Assembly: GCF_006345805.1 (NCBI RefSeq)
Contig: NW_021836312.1
Location: forward strand, 1-64,000
Direction: 5' to 3'
From: Octopus sinensis
Lineage: Eukaryota
DNA length: 64,000 nucleotides
Made by a program: the position numbers and the translations under genes. How positions within the stretch are numbered: position 1 is the stretch's first letter; each line of letters begins with the position of its first letter. Below, one piece after another: positions 40,935-54,829 of the stretch. The notes below the pieces were generated by a model. It saw nothing but the letters and a program-made list of their open reading frames with translations. It was not told where the DNA came from and ran no database searches.

Positions 40935-41722
40935 ATGTTTGCATCATATATATATATATGCATACATATATACGAATATGCGCAAGCACCAGTACAGACA
41001 GATACATATACAGACACACGCATGCACGCACACATTGGGTCAATGTAAAGGGACACATGCATGCATGGGAAGCTGCCAGCCTTCACCAACCTTCGTGTAA
41101 ATGTACAAACAATTGGTCAACATTGACCGGCGGAGAGCCAACAAAACTTTCTCTTGAAACTCAGTTAATGAAGAATAGTTTCCTTACATTTCAGTTTCCA
41201 ACTGGCCCATCACAGATTCCGGTCGCACCCGTTGTCGAAAGAAACGAGGTTATCGAATGTTAGAAAACATGCACCAAGAAAGATGGTTCAAATGGTACCA
41301 TGTAGACATTTCTCTTTACCATGCTTACAACGATGTGAAAAATCGACGAAATTTATCCACATATCTCGCACGTATTACGTGCAAGGGCTTTTTTCCTGGG
41401 TTACGATGCTAGTTCGTTAACAACATAAAGGGTTATTTCTTGAGCAGGATGGCTACTATATAGAACGCCGTAATAAGGACAAATTCTGTTCTTCTATTGC
41501 TGGGCAGATTGTTCGAAAATATTTTCGAAACTATTCGATTGTTTCCAAACGGCTTCGCTACAGGTGCTGTGGGTTGTAGTAACAAAACCAACACAGACTG
41601 CGAGCCTTTGTTTCTAAAACAAATGCCACGAAATCACTAGGTACAACGGAAAACGACTGCAAATGAAAGCGGACACCCCACGTTTTTCGAGCATTCCAAC
41701 ACAGATTTAGTAGTTATCACCG

Positions 41723-41758
<36 letters not shown>

Positions 41759-42601
41759 TGTTTTATTTATTAATATATTATATGACGGAACGCACGCATC
41801 CCTTTCTAAGTAAGATTGTTCTTGATATTAATTTTGATGCGCACTCTTAACCTTTCTGTCCCCTTCCTTTCTCAGCCTTCATTCTTTGATTTCCTTTTCT
41901 TCTACTTAACTGTCTCTCCCTCTCTCTCATTCTTCACACTCTCTCTCTCTCTCCCTCTCACTCATTCTTCATTCTTTCTGGTTTCCTCACAACCATTCCC
42001 CTTTCTTCCCTCCCTTTCTGTTACTCCTCCTCCTCCCTCCCGCCGTCAACCCGCGACGAGAGCCTTGCCACCTTCTTTCTCGCCTGACCTTCTTGAGGTG
42101 TGGACGGCAATTTTGTTTGCTCCCTTCGCCGTCCACAGAAATAGCGTTCGTAATACTTTCGTTCGGCTTAACAGCCCTTCTTGTCTTGTTATTTTCCTTG
42201 TCCTGTCTTTTACTTATATTTTGTTTATTTTGTACTGTATTACTGTCCTGGTTTTGTTACCACTTTTACCCTCTGCAAAAAGATCTCAAATTTTATTTGA
42301 TTTGCTTTTCGCAGGAAGGAATGTTTCTATCGAAGATACGTCTCGCCTTCACCTTCGAAACGTAGAGTAGATGAAACCATGGCGACTGAAGAAGGGGTTT
42401 TTTCCTTGTGTTATTTGTCCTGTACTCTATTTTTTGTTGTTTAAGAAAAATGTCCAGTTCCTTGGGTTTGTGTCTATGTTTTCGTTTCTCATTGTATTCG
42501 ACGTTTATTTGGTGTCCTGTACTCATATATGAGTGTATATATACATGTAGAGGTAGGTACGTACATATATGTATATATATATGCATATGTTTTATTTATT
42601 G

Positions 42602-42654
<53 letters not shown>

Positions 42655-42819
42655 TATATACATAATATATATATACATATATATACATATATATATATAC
42701 ATACATATATATATATAATATATATAATACAAATATACATATATATATATATATAAAATATACATATATATACATATATACATATACATATACATTATAT
42801 ATATATACATAATCTATAT

Positions 42820-42877
<58 letters not shown>

Positions 42878-42932
42878 ATAAATATATATATATATAAAAT
42901 ATACTAATATATATATATATATATATATATAT

Positions 42933-43864
42933 GGACTTCTTGCCGCCTCTCCTATAACCAGCGAGGCGGTTACAATAGAATGTATTAACATTAGCGAAAA
43001 AGATGTCCTACTAGCCATAGATGAAGTCGACACAAACTCAGCTGCTGAATATTAAACTTACAGGATACACCGGTCCACAGGGAATTTCAATCCCAGAGCC
43101 TAAAATCTGTGAGGGACCTGGGTATCGATATGAGTGATGATACCTCTTTCTAAGTGCACATTACCAGGGTGGCGACAAAGTGCAGACGACTGGCTGGCTG
43201 GATCCTAAGAACATTCAGAACTAGAGATAAGGAAACCATGATGGTCCTCTGGTGGACATTCGTTCTCAGCCGCCTGGATTACTGATCACAGCTATGGTCA
43301 CCCACCAGTGTAAAATTAACAGCGGACCTTGAAGCAATCCAGAGAAGATTCACAAAGAAATCGTCTCTTTGCAACAGCTCAGCTACTGGGAAAGGTTGAA
43401 ACAGCTAAGACTTTACTCCCTGGAGAGAAGACGGGAGAGGTATGCAGTAATATATGTCTGGAAGATCCTGGAAGAAATTGTGCCAAATTTTGGCATTGTA
43501 AGCTACACCAATGCTAGAACGGGACAACACTGCATAGTGTCAAAGATCCCAACAATGCCATCGCGCTTTAGGACCAGCTTCTGCAACAGCCTGGGTTTCA
43601 AGGGCCCACAGCTTTTTAATATTATCCCAAAGAGTATGAGAAACTTGCACAAAGTAGATGTAGAGGTTTTTAAATCAAAGCTGGGCATCTTCCTGTCGAG
43701 AGTCCCAGATGAACGTACCTCACGGCAAGAGGTGCGAATGAGAGTAGCTATATCAAACTCCATTCTTCACCAAGTGCCACATATTAGACGAGGTTCTTCG
43801 CAATAACAGTGTAGCACAAAACGGCGGTGCATCAGCATGGCTGCAGCTCTGAGCTGAAACTAGA
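42933..43864 (+). mobile_element. CR1-group LINE fragment, internally deleted, with 3' end
   Basis: [17 protein letters not shown]; LSYWERLKQLRLYSLERRRERYAVIYVWKILE; 3' stem-loop cagctctgagctgaaac. Confidence 0.85.
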
Positions 43865-44179
43865 GAAAAAAAAATATATATATACGTGTATGTTTATATA
43901 TATATATATATACATACATATTTGTTTGTCTTTTTAGTTTAGTTGTTTTTGTTTTTGCATTTATTTGTTTATTGTCTTTTTTTTGTCATTGCTGCCGTAC
44001 ACATTTGGTAGCTTTCATACAAAGGAGTCGAATGCTTAAGTGTAACTACCCGAAATGGCCGTGACTTCTGGGACTTGACTGATGAAGAAAGCCAAGAATG
44101 AACCGTCTTTTTTGCCTATCATTGTAATTGTTATTTCTCTTGTATCATCTATCTGTCCGAACGTTTTAATGCTCTCTAT

Positions 44180-44242
<63 letters not shown>

Positions 44243-44329
44243 TAATCTACATATTAGGGAATGAATCCAAAATTACAGGAAAAAATCAGATTTAGGGTAA
44301 ATCCAATTTTATAGTATATTATAAAATAT

Positions 44330-44448
44330 ATTCGAGACAAAACCACTATTTTAAAACCAAACAAGGAAAGACTAATCAATACATAAAATTTTAATATAAA
44401 AAATAAAAAATAATTGTTTGGTTTTAAAATAGTGGTTTTGTCTCGAAT
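44330..44448. repeat. Perfect 35-bp inverted repeat (foldback) with 49-nt spacer
   Basis: attcgagacaaaaccactattttaaaaccaaacaa at 44330-44364; exact reverse complement at 44414-44448. Confidence 0.9.
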
Positions 44449-44466
44449 TATATTATATAATAAATA

Positions 44467-44540
<74 letters not shown>

Positions 44541-44554
44541 TATACATATATACC

Positions 44555-44790
44555 ACGGGCTTCTTTCAGTTTCCGTCTAGCAAATCCACTCAAAATGCTT
44601 TAGATGGCTTGAGGCTGTAGTTGAAGATATTTGCCCAAGTTGCCACGCAGTGGGGCTGAACCCAGAAACTTGTGGTTGGTAAACAAGCTACCTACCACGC
44701 AGCAATTACTATACATAAATATATGTATACATATTCTTCTACTTGCTTCAGTCGTCATTTCACTGCGGCCATGCTAGAGCACCGCCTTAA
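44555..44790 (-). mobile_element. CORE-like SINE family A, internally deleted
   Basis: Head and tail motifs of family A in reverse. Confidence 0.75.
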
Positions 44791-44797
44791 ACATGCG

Positions 44798-44860
44798 TTC
44801 CCATGCTGGGAATCGAGCCTGAGCTGCCTGGATGAAAGTTAGGAATCCTAAACACCATAT
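44798..44860 (-). pseudogene. tRNA-Glu(TTC) pseudogene
   Basis: Minus strand atatggtgt-ttaggattcctaacTTTCAtccaggcagctcaggctcgattcccagcatgggaa resembles eukaryotic tRNA-Glu(TTC); D-arm deletion and broken acceptor stem. Confidence 0.65.
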
Positions 44861-45360
44861 CTGTATATTGTGTGTGTGTGTGTGTGTTTGTGTGTGTGCG
44901 TGTGTGTGTGTGTGGTGCTTGTGTGTGTGCGTGAGTTTGTGTGTGTGTGTGTGTTTGTGTCCTTGTTATTTATTATTTTCATATTACAATGTAGTTGAAT
45001 CAGTCATAGAATCATATAGCAAATATAAACTCATATAGTCTGGATTTAACCAAACCGTACAGCGTGAAGAAGTCACAATGGATGAGTTTGTGATTTTCAA
45101 GCGAAAATAGACTTGTATAATGATCTCGCTCAATGTGGTGTGATTATCTCCAATCTCATTATATGAGAATAATATTTCTAGCAATATAGATGATATTCGG
45201 CACCTCGGTCACTGTTAGTAACGATTGAATTTTACTCTTTTGGTCTTATATAGCATAGAGATGCGTTTATTATTTCATATATATATATATATGTATATAT
45301 ATAATATATATATATATAATATATATTTATATAATATATAATATATATATATATATATAT

Positions 45361-45394
<34 letters not shown>

Positions 45395-45630
45395 TATATA
45401 ATATATATGGTGTGGGTGTGTATTCGGTGTAAGTCATGATTGATATATAAAATTTATTGAGGCTTTCGCTAAATAACTGAATCAAATTATTCTTCATATA
45501 TATGTCATCCTAATATTTCTATGTGTATTATATACATTATATATACAAACACACATATGTATATATCTATCTTGTATACATAACATATTCATATACGTGT
45601 ATATGCGCCCATATATATATATATCCCATA

Positions 45631-45673
<43 letters not shown>

Positions 45674-45675
45674 CA

Positions 45676-45711
<36 letters not shown>

Positions 45712-45991
45712 TATATGTATATGTATGTATGTTTACATGTATTTATACATAGATACGTGTATATGCGTCCATATATACATTCATATATAAGTATATAGTT
45801 ATTTATCTATGTATCTACACACACACACATATATATTAACCAGCTAAATATGTAATGGCAGTTATTTCGAAGCTATTTTTTATTTAGCTGATTTATTTAT
45901 ATATAGCTGATTTATATCTATACATGAGGCGTGATTGAGAGAGGCCGATATATATACAGAGGGAGAAAATAGATAGACAAGAGAGAGAGAA

Positions 45992-46022
<31 letters not shown>

Positions 46023-46271
46023 ATAGTGGCGATGAGTGGAAGATGTACAACGTGTATCTCGGGTGGATATTAACAACATATCATCGACAAACATATATGT
46101 ATACACATATATAAACAAGAACACGTACACGCACAAATACATAAATAAGAAAATATATGTATCTAGATCTCTGCTATCTATCTAAATACCTAATCTAATT
46201 ATATATTACTATATTTATATATAATATTATATATATTATATTATATTATATGTAAATTCTATCATATATAT

Positions 46272-46322
<51 letters not shown>

Positions 46323-46447
46323 TATATATATATAATATATATAATATAGATATATATATGTATATATATATATATACACATATATATACATATACATATA
46401 TCCATATACATATATGCACATATGTATATATATATATAATATATATA

Positions 46448-46478
<31 letters not shown>

Positions 46479-46540
46479 AAGTATGCATATATATATAACT
46501 ATATATATGTATGTAATATTTATATAAATGTATACATTTT

Positions 46541-47740
46541 TGTAGTTTCAGCTCAGCACTGTCGCTAGGCTGGAGCACCGCTCTGTTGCTACACTGATAT
46601 TCCCGAGAACCTCCTCTAATATGTGGCAAATGGTGAAGAATGACGTTTGATGTGGCTAACCTTATTTGCATCTCTTGCTGTGAGGTACGTTTGTCTGGGA
46701 CTCTTGAGAGGAAGAGGTCCAGCCATAATCTAAAGAAACGCCTACATCTACTTATCTACTTTGTGCAGGTTCCGGAATCTTTCAGATGTATATTACTGCC
46801 TACATATCCCGCATTCGCTCCAGGGGGTAGAGTCTTAGCTATTTCAGCCTTTCGCAATAGGTGAACTGTTCCGAAGATATGATCTTCCTTGTGAAGCTTC
46901 GCTGGATTGATTCATGGTCCGCTGTTAATTTTGCACAGTTGGGTGACCATAACAGGGAGCACTACTCCAGACGGCTTAGGACGAATGTCCGTTAGAGGAC
47001 CATCACGGTTTCCTTATCTCTGTTTCTGAATGTTGTCAGGATCCATCCAGCCAGTCGTCTGCACTTTGTGGACATCCTGGTAATGTGCACTTAGAAAGAG
47101 TTATCATCGCTCATGTCGATACCCAAGTCCCTCACTAATTTAGGCTCTGGGATTGTAATTTCCTGCGGACCAGTGTAACCTGCAAGTTTCATATTCAATT
47201 TAGCACGCTGGTAGCGCAGGTCTTGGAATTTTTCAGTATCGAACTGCATATTATTATCCTGAGCCCATCTGTAAATTGAGTCCATCTCCTGCTGCTGATG
47301 TGCAAAATCACTGGGGTTATGTATTTTCTGCGAGCCTTTCGTATCGTTTTGTAGCCAGCAAGTGTGGTTATCCGGGCATTTGAGGGCATATCTGAGAGGG
47401 CTACTATGAAAAGCAGTGGTCCCAATACAGTGCACTGTGGAACACTGCTCAATATTTGTGTTTTCAGTTTTCATTGAGGTTGCTCCATTGGCCACTACTG
47501 CCTGTCTTCTATCTTTCAGAGAGTCATGTAACCACTGTCCAAGTTTCCCAGCTAATAATGGCAAATCATACCATGACTTTGCTGATGTGTGAATTAAAAG
47601 AGATAGGCCTATAGTATTTGACATCTGCTCTGTTTCCCTCTTTATGTATTGGGCATATTATTTCCTCCATCAGCTTGCTTGGGAGTCTGCCTTTTTCAAG
47701 AAAGCTGTTGAAGAGAATCTGGAGGGCTTTTGCCAGGGCA
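46541..47740 (-). mobile_element. CR1-group LINE fragment, RT core partly deleted, with 3' end
   Basis: ALAKALQILF..ICPIHKEGNRADVKYYRPISL; SVPQCTVLGPLLFIVALSDMP; WAQDNNMQFDTEKFQ; RDLGIDMSDD. Confidence 0.85.
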
Positions 47741-47744
47741 TGCT

Positions 47745-47915
47745 TACCCGATTTGCGTCCTAGACGAACCTACCTCACGGGTAGAGGCGCAAATGAGGGT
47801 AGCTACATCAAATTCCATTCAACACCAAGTGGCAGATATTAAAGGAGGATCTCCGTAATAACAGTGTAGCAAAACGGTTGCGCTCCAGCATAGCCAAGCT
47901 CTGAGATGAAACTGC
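47745..47915 (+). mobile_element. Short 3'-end fragment of the same LINE
   Basis: gacgaacctacctcacgg...ctccagcatagccaagctctgagatgaaac. Confidence 0.7.
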
Positions 47916-47936
47916 AACAAAATATATATAAATATT

Positions 47937-47990
<54 letters not shown>

Positions 47991-48206
47991 CATATCATTA
48001 TTTCTAATTCTCTCTAAAGGAGACAGCGATATAAATACATATATATATATAATATATATGTATGAATATATATATATATATAATATATATATATACATAT
48101 ATATTTATATATATATATATATGAATACATATATGTAATTACTCTCTCTCACATACACACACACACACACATCTATATATTATATATATACATATATATA
48201 TAACAA

Positions 48207-48292
<86 letters not shown>

Positions 48293-48300
48293 AATATATA

Positions 48301-49501
48301 TTGGCATAGTTGGAAAACTAGGAGAATGGCTTCACGACTTTCTGAAGAATAGAAGTCATGTGGTAGTAGCCAATGGGGCCACTTCCATTAGCACGCAAAT
48401 AGTGAGCGGTGTTCCACAGGGCACTGTTTTGGGACCACTACTGTTCATAATGGCCCTCTCAGACATGCCCTCAGCCACGCAGAGATCCACGATTACAAGT
48501 TATGCAGATGATACAAAAGTTTCACAGGCAATACAGAACCCTGAGGACACTAAACACCTGCAATGTGAGCTGGACGAAATATACAAGTGGGCTGAAAAAA
48601 ATAGCATGCAGTTCAATGCTGGAAAGTTTCAAGCTTTATACTATCAGCATGCAAAACTGAATGCAATACCAATGAATACACTGGACCCGGAGGGATTGCA
48701 ATCCCAGAGGCACAATCAGTGCGTGACCTGGGTATTCACATGAGTGATGACGCGACCTTTCATGTACATGTTGCTAAACTGACAATGAAATGTAGACGGC
48801 TGGCTGGATGGATTCTTAGAACCTTTAGAACAAGAGAACAAGAAACCATGATGGTCCTCTGGAAGACACTTGTCCTAAGCCACTTTGACTATTGCTCTCA
48901 GCTATGGTCACCATCCAGTGTCAAGTTGATCACAGAACTTGAGGCGATCCAACGAAGCTACACAAAGAAGATAGCCTCTATGCAGAATGTAAGCTACTGG
49001 GAAAGACTCAAGAGATTAAAATAATATTCCCTGGAGCGTAGGCGGGAAAGATATGCCATAATATACATCTGGAAGATCCTGGAGGGAAGTGTCCTGAACT
49101 TTGGCATCGAGAGTTACGCAAATGCCAGAACTGGGCGCCACTGCGTGGTGCCTAGGAATCCAAACCTGCCATCAAGATGTAGGACAAGATTCTGTGATAG
49201 CCTGGGCTTCCGAGGCCCACAGCTCTTCAATATCCTCCCGAAGAACCTGAGAGACCTGCATGGGGTGGATACAGATGTCTTTAAAATGAAGCTGGATCTC
49301 TTCCTGTCAGGTGTCCCAGATGAACCAACTTCACGGCAGGAGGGGCAGATGAGGGCAGCTGCATCGAACTCTCTCATGCACCAAATAGCAGTTGCTAGAA
49401 AGCCTCCATGAAGTGAAACCAAGTAGCAACACCAAATGGCGGTGCCCCAGCATGGCCACAGCTCATAAGCTGAAACTAGAATCAATCAATCAATCAATCA
49501 A
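48301..49501 (+). mobile_element. 5'-truncated CR1-group LINE (RT C-terminal half) with (AATC)n tail
   Basis: GVPQGTVLGPLLF, YADDTK, WAEKNSMQFNAGKF, RDLGIHMSDD, LVLSHFDYCSQLWSP, YWERLKRL; frameshifted. Confidence 0.92.
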
Positions 49502-49569
49502 TATATATAAAACTATATACATATATAAATATATGTATATATAAATACAAATATATAAATATACTTTTA

Positions 49570-49791
49570 CTCGTGTACTCTTTACTTGAGTCAGTCATAT
49601 GACTGCAGCCATGCTGGAGCACCACCAAAATCGTGCGAATCGACCCCAGAGTTTATTCTTTGTAAGCCTGGTAGTTATAGTATCGGTCACTTTTGTCGAA
49701 AACCTAAGTTACTGGGACGTAAACACACCAACATCGGTTGGCATGAGATGTTGGGTGGACAGTCACAGACACTCAAATATATATACACATA

Positions 49792-49859
<68 letters not shown>

Positions 49860-49980
49860 CGACGGGCTTCTTCCATTCCTCTACCAAAACCCATCACAAG
49901 GCTTTGGTCGCTCCGGGGCTAAGTAAAGGTCTGACCCGGCACCATGTACTGGTAGCAAGCTATTTTCCACAATCCGCTCA
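49570..49980 (-). mobile_element. CORE-like SINE family A, diverged
   Basis: gactgcagccatgctggagcacc tail; gtaaacacaccaacatcggttg body. Confidence 0.75.
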
Positions 49981-50034
49981 AGTAGTACATACATATATAT
50001 ATATATATACAATATATATATATATACTATATAA

Positions 50035-50113
<79 letters not shown>

Positions 50114-50177
50114 AAAAATATATCTTATAGAAATATATATGCATATATAAATACATGTATAATATACATATATGTGT

Positions 50178-50210
<33 letters not shown>

Positions 50211-50349
50211 GTATATATATATAAATACATATATGTGTATAGATATATCTATATATATATATGTGTCTATATAATATGTATATCCATATGTATTAATATA
50301 TTATATTATATATATCTTTATACATATATATAAGTATGTATATACATAC

Positions 50350-50401
<52 letters not shown>

Positions 50402-50757
50402 ATATATACATACACATATATGATTTTAGCTTTACAAATATATATATACGTATAGGGATGGAATGAACAGAACTAGAAAGAAAGTACGAAACATTATCTC
50501 ATCATTAATCAAAAGAGCGATAAATGCGAGATTATTTTTCCCAATAAAAACAAATCTAGCGGATAAATTTCAATTAAATTTACAATATCGTATTTTTGTT
50601 ACCGATAAGCACAATTTAGAAAATGTTATGAAACAGGCATGAATTATTATCCTTTCTAATTATTAGCCGAATATGTTTTGGTGGTCAATTCATCATAAAG
50701 CACTGTAGGTACAAAGATGAAAATATTAGTTTCATTTTATTACCCTCTCTTTCTCTC

Positions 50758-50789
<32 letters not shown>

Positions 50790-51160
50790 TGTATGTATGT
50801 ATGTATGTATGTATGTATGTATGTATGTATTTATGTATGTATTTATGCATGTATGTACGTAGGTATGTATGTATGTGTGTACGTATGTATGTATCTATGT
50901 CTGTATATACATATATACATATAGTGTGCGTGTGTGTATATGTATATATATATATATGTGTGTGTGTGTATATATATATATATATTGCGACTACATTCCA
51001 ATGTAACACACACACATATAAATATATGGGTTTATATGTTTGTATAAAAGTAGCTATGTCTTTATATCCATATGTATATGTATGTAAATATAGTCATATA
51101 TATATATGTATATGTGTGTGTGTATGTATGTATTATATATATATATATATATATATATTA

Positions 51161-51193
<33 letters not shown>

Positions 51194-51524
51194 AACTCAC
51201 ACACACCTTACTATAACACTATAAAGTTTCACACACTCATGCACATGCTCATACCCACGCACTCACGTACGCTTACACATACATAGATATAAATGAAGAG
51301 GGTAAATGAATGTAGCGAACTTGCAGAACCGTAAGTCATTTGGATAGGATATCCCACAGCATTTATTTCGAATCTGTGTTGCGAATTCTCATATCTCTGA
51401 ACTCAACTTTGCCTTGCTTTCATTCGGGTTTGATTAAAAGAAATACTTATCCGCGAAGGTGAATTGACGGGCATGTTAGAAGGATAATCGAGCAAGTTTT
51501 TGCACTTTCTCTCGTCCCACTTAG

Positions 51525-51625
51525 CATCTGACAGAAACACTTGTGACGATATTGGTACCAGGTTTCATCAGTTCAAATGGGGGCCTTCGTCTAGGATAAA
51601 TACTGGCATAGTAGGGAGCGGACAG
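51525..51625 (+). CDS. Putative 101-nt phase 1-0 exon ((A)SDRNTCDDIGTRFHQFKWGPSSRINTGIVGSGQ)
   Basis: Strong acceptor tttttgcactttctctcgtcccacttag| and consensus donor cag|gtgagt; unique, GC-richer sequence; open frame. Confidence 0.5.
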
Positions 51626-52202
51626 GTGAGTGCGACTACCTGTTTTCTGTTTGATATGTGTCTCCGACCAGTACATGATTGAACAACATAGACGAACAAG
51701 CCTAAAAATATGGATATAGTCAGCTGTTGCTCTATGAATATAATGGTTTCTGATTTTAGACATTACAACGGCAATTTTAAGAAAGATGAATTACTTAATC
51801 CGATTGTACTTCATTCATATTTTATTGAGCCTAATGAGGACGGATGGCAAAGTCTTCCTCCGCAGCATTCGAACTCAGAACATGAAGAGCCGAAACAAAT
51901 ATTGCGAATCACTTAAATTTGACGCTCTGGTGCATCTACAGGTCACCGCCTTATGTGCTACTTTGATAAGTTTTGTTAACGTAGGAAAAATTATGTAAAT
52001 TAGGAAGAAAATTAGTTGCATAAAATTACCTCGAGGTGCTTTGCAGTCAATTGATTTCGAGTACTGTCCCAGTGAATGGCACCTTGAGAAATTATCCTCT
52101 ACTATAGCCCTGGGGCGACTGATGCAGTGTAAGTGAATTTGTTGACGGAAACTGTGTAGAAGCCCTTTGCATTTATCTTATGTGTACATATATTTATATA
52201 TA

Positions 52203-52654
<452 letters not shown>

Positions 52655-53892
52655 CATGCATGCGTGTGTTTGTTCCATCAGCACCTGACAACCGGTGTCA
52701 GTTTGTTTACGTCCCCGTAACTTAAGCAACTGGGTATAAGAGACTGAAAGATTGAGAACCAGACTTAATAAAATAAGTATTGCTACCTATTTCCTCGACT
52801 AAACATTGTAAGACAATGCTCCTGTTTGACTGTAGACCATGAGTGAAGCAAGTAAAAGATAACGAAGATAGTATTTGAATGTTTATGTAGTCAACAGAGG
52901 AACAAAAACAGGTGAAAATTACCTCAGTGTGTTTTGACCCCAGAACGTATAGTGCCGTCAATGAACACTGTGATGCTAGCACTCCATCATAATAAAGTGC
53001 TTCCAAAACAACGAAACATACTTAATAATGAGTGCAATAGAGAAAAATAGCGACAGTATTTAGCAACCCTTATGGAACATGAATGTTTTACATCTGAAGA
53101 GAATATTTACAAAATTAGAGCATATTTTTTTAAAACTTGGCCAACGTGGTGTGCAACGTAGTGTGTGATACAGTTTCCACTTAATTGACCGCGGAAACGT
53201 TTCAGCGTTAGAATTTGCTAATTCTGTCGTTTTTAAATATAGAACTGTTGTTGTTCTTCAGTGAAAAAAAAATCAATTTTTATAGGACTAAATTATATAT
53301 GAAACACCAAATTTCCTTCTTGCCGGTGTGTTATGCTCAACAAATTTTAAGTACAGTCGATCTAGAGAACTTGTTAGGTGATTCAGCACTGCCTATACAC
53401 GCATCCGGTTTTGAATTGTCATTGTAGATATAAGCAGACTTCAAAAGTCTTCTAAACGTATTCACATAATGCATGCAGAATTGTATTTTAGGAGAGGCCA
53501 TTTGGATAAATAATTAAATTATAGGGAATAATATTATGAAAATAGAAATATTTCTAATATCAGCTATAAATCATTTGGTTTGATGATAATATCAACTGTT
53601 TATAGGAAGTATCGATAGAGATAACTTGAGATATATAAATCTCAAAAAAGAACGAAATATACTCATTGATTTCGAAAGATGATATTTAATATTTTACTTA
53701 CAAACGCGTAATTATACTGTTGATAGGAATTTCTACACAGAAAATGGTAATTGAAGAAAGCTATTTGACTTTATAATGCGAGGAGAGAAGTCAGTTCATG
53801 ATAGTCAAATGCATTGAATTAGGATCGTCACTCTTTCTTTCAAGCCGTCAGAATTCTTCCAAATTTCTCTACAGTAATGACACAACCATATA

Positions 53893-54480
53893 TATTTCTT
53901 TACTGTCCACAAGGGGCTAAACATAGAGGGGACGAACAAGGACTGACAAAGGGATTAAGTCGATTACATAGACCCCAGTGCGAAACTGGTACTTTATTTA
54001 TCGACCCCGAAAGGATGAAAGGCAAAGTCGACCTCAGCGGAATTTGAACTTAGAACATAACGGCAGACAAAATACCTATTTCTTTATTACTCACAAGGGG
54101 TTAAACATAGAAGGGACAAACAAGGACAGACAAAGGGATTAAGTCGATTACATCGACCTCAGTGCGTAGCTGGTACTTAATTTATCGACCCCGAAAGGAT
54201 GAAAGGCAAGTCGACCTCGGCGGAATTTGAACTTAGAACGTAACGACAGACGAAATACCTATTTCTTTATTACCCACAAGGGGCTAAACATAGAAGGGAC
54301 AAACAAGGACATACATATGTATTAAGTCGATTACATCGACCCCAGTGCGTAGCTGGTACTTAATTTATCGACCCCGAAAGGATGAAAGGCAAAGTCGACC
54401 TCGGCAGAATTTTAACTCACAACGTAACGACAAACGAAATACGGCTACGCATTTCGCCCAGCATGCTAACGTTTCTGCCA
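53893..54480 (-). mobile_element. SINE family B head-to-tail trimer (183-bp period)
   Basis: Identical junction aaatacc|tatttcttt at 54076/77 and 54259/60; one head only. Confidence 0.9.
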
Positions 54481-54829
54481 TATAATTATGAAAAAGTTAG
54501 AAACCTTTATACGTTTGATATTTTAACCAACGAGAAGCAATCTTCAGGTGTTGCCAATATGAAAATATTAACTTACCGAAACCTTGAAAGATTTCTCTTT
54601 TCTTTCTTTTCTCCTCTTCTTTTTTTTTCGGGGGGGGGGGAATAAAAGCAAATTTATAGCAATGAAATTTAAAAAAACAACAATGCAAGGAAAAAGTTGT
54701 CCACCATTCAAATATCGAAAGGAAAAAGAAAATATAACATTTTCCAAAACGAAAATAGATAGAAAAGACAATAATTTCAAAAGTGTGATATGCGCTCAGT
54801 GTTTCAAAGCGGTAGCACATTTCATTTCT

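Noticed and set aside
40523-43033. Many YI/IY-rich ORFs up to 188 aa (also at 8.4, 25, 36, 50 and 52 kb)
   Set aside because: Translations of (TA)n, (CA)n and (TATG)n
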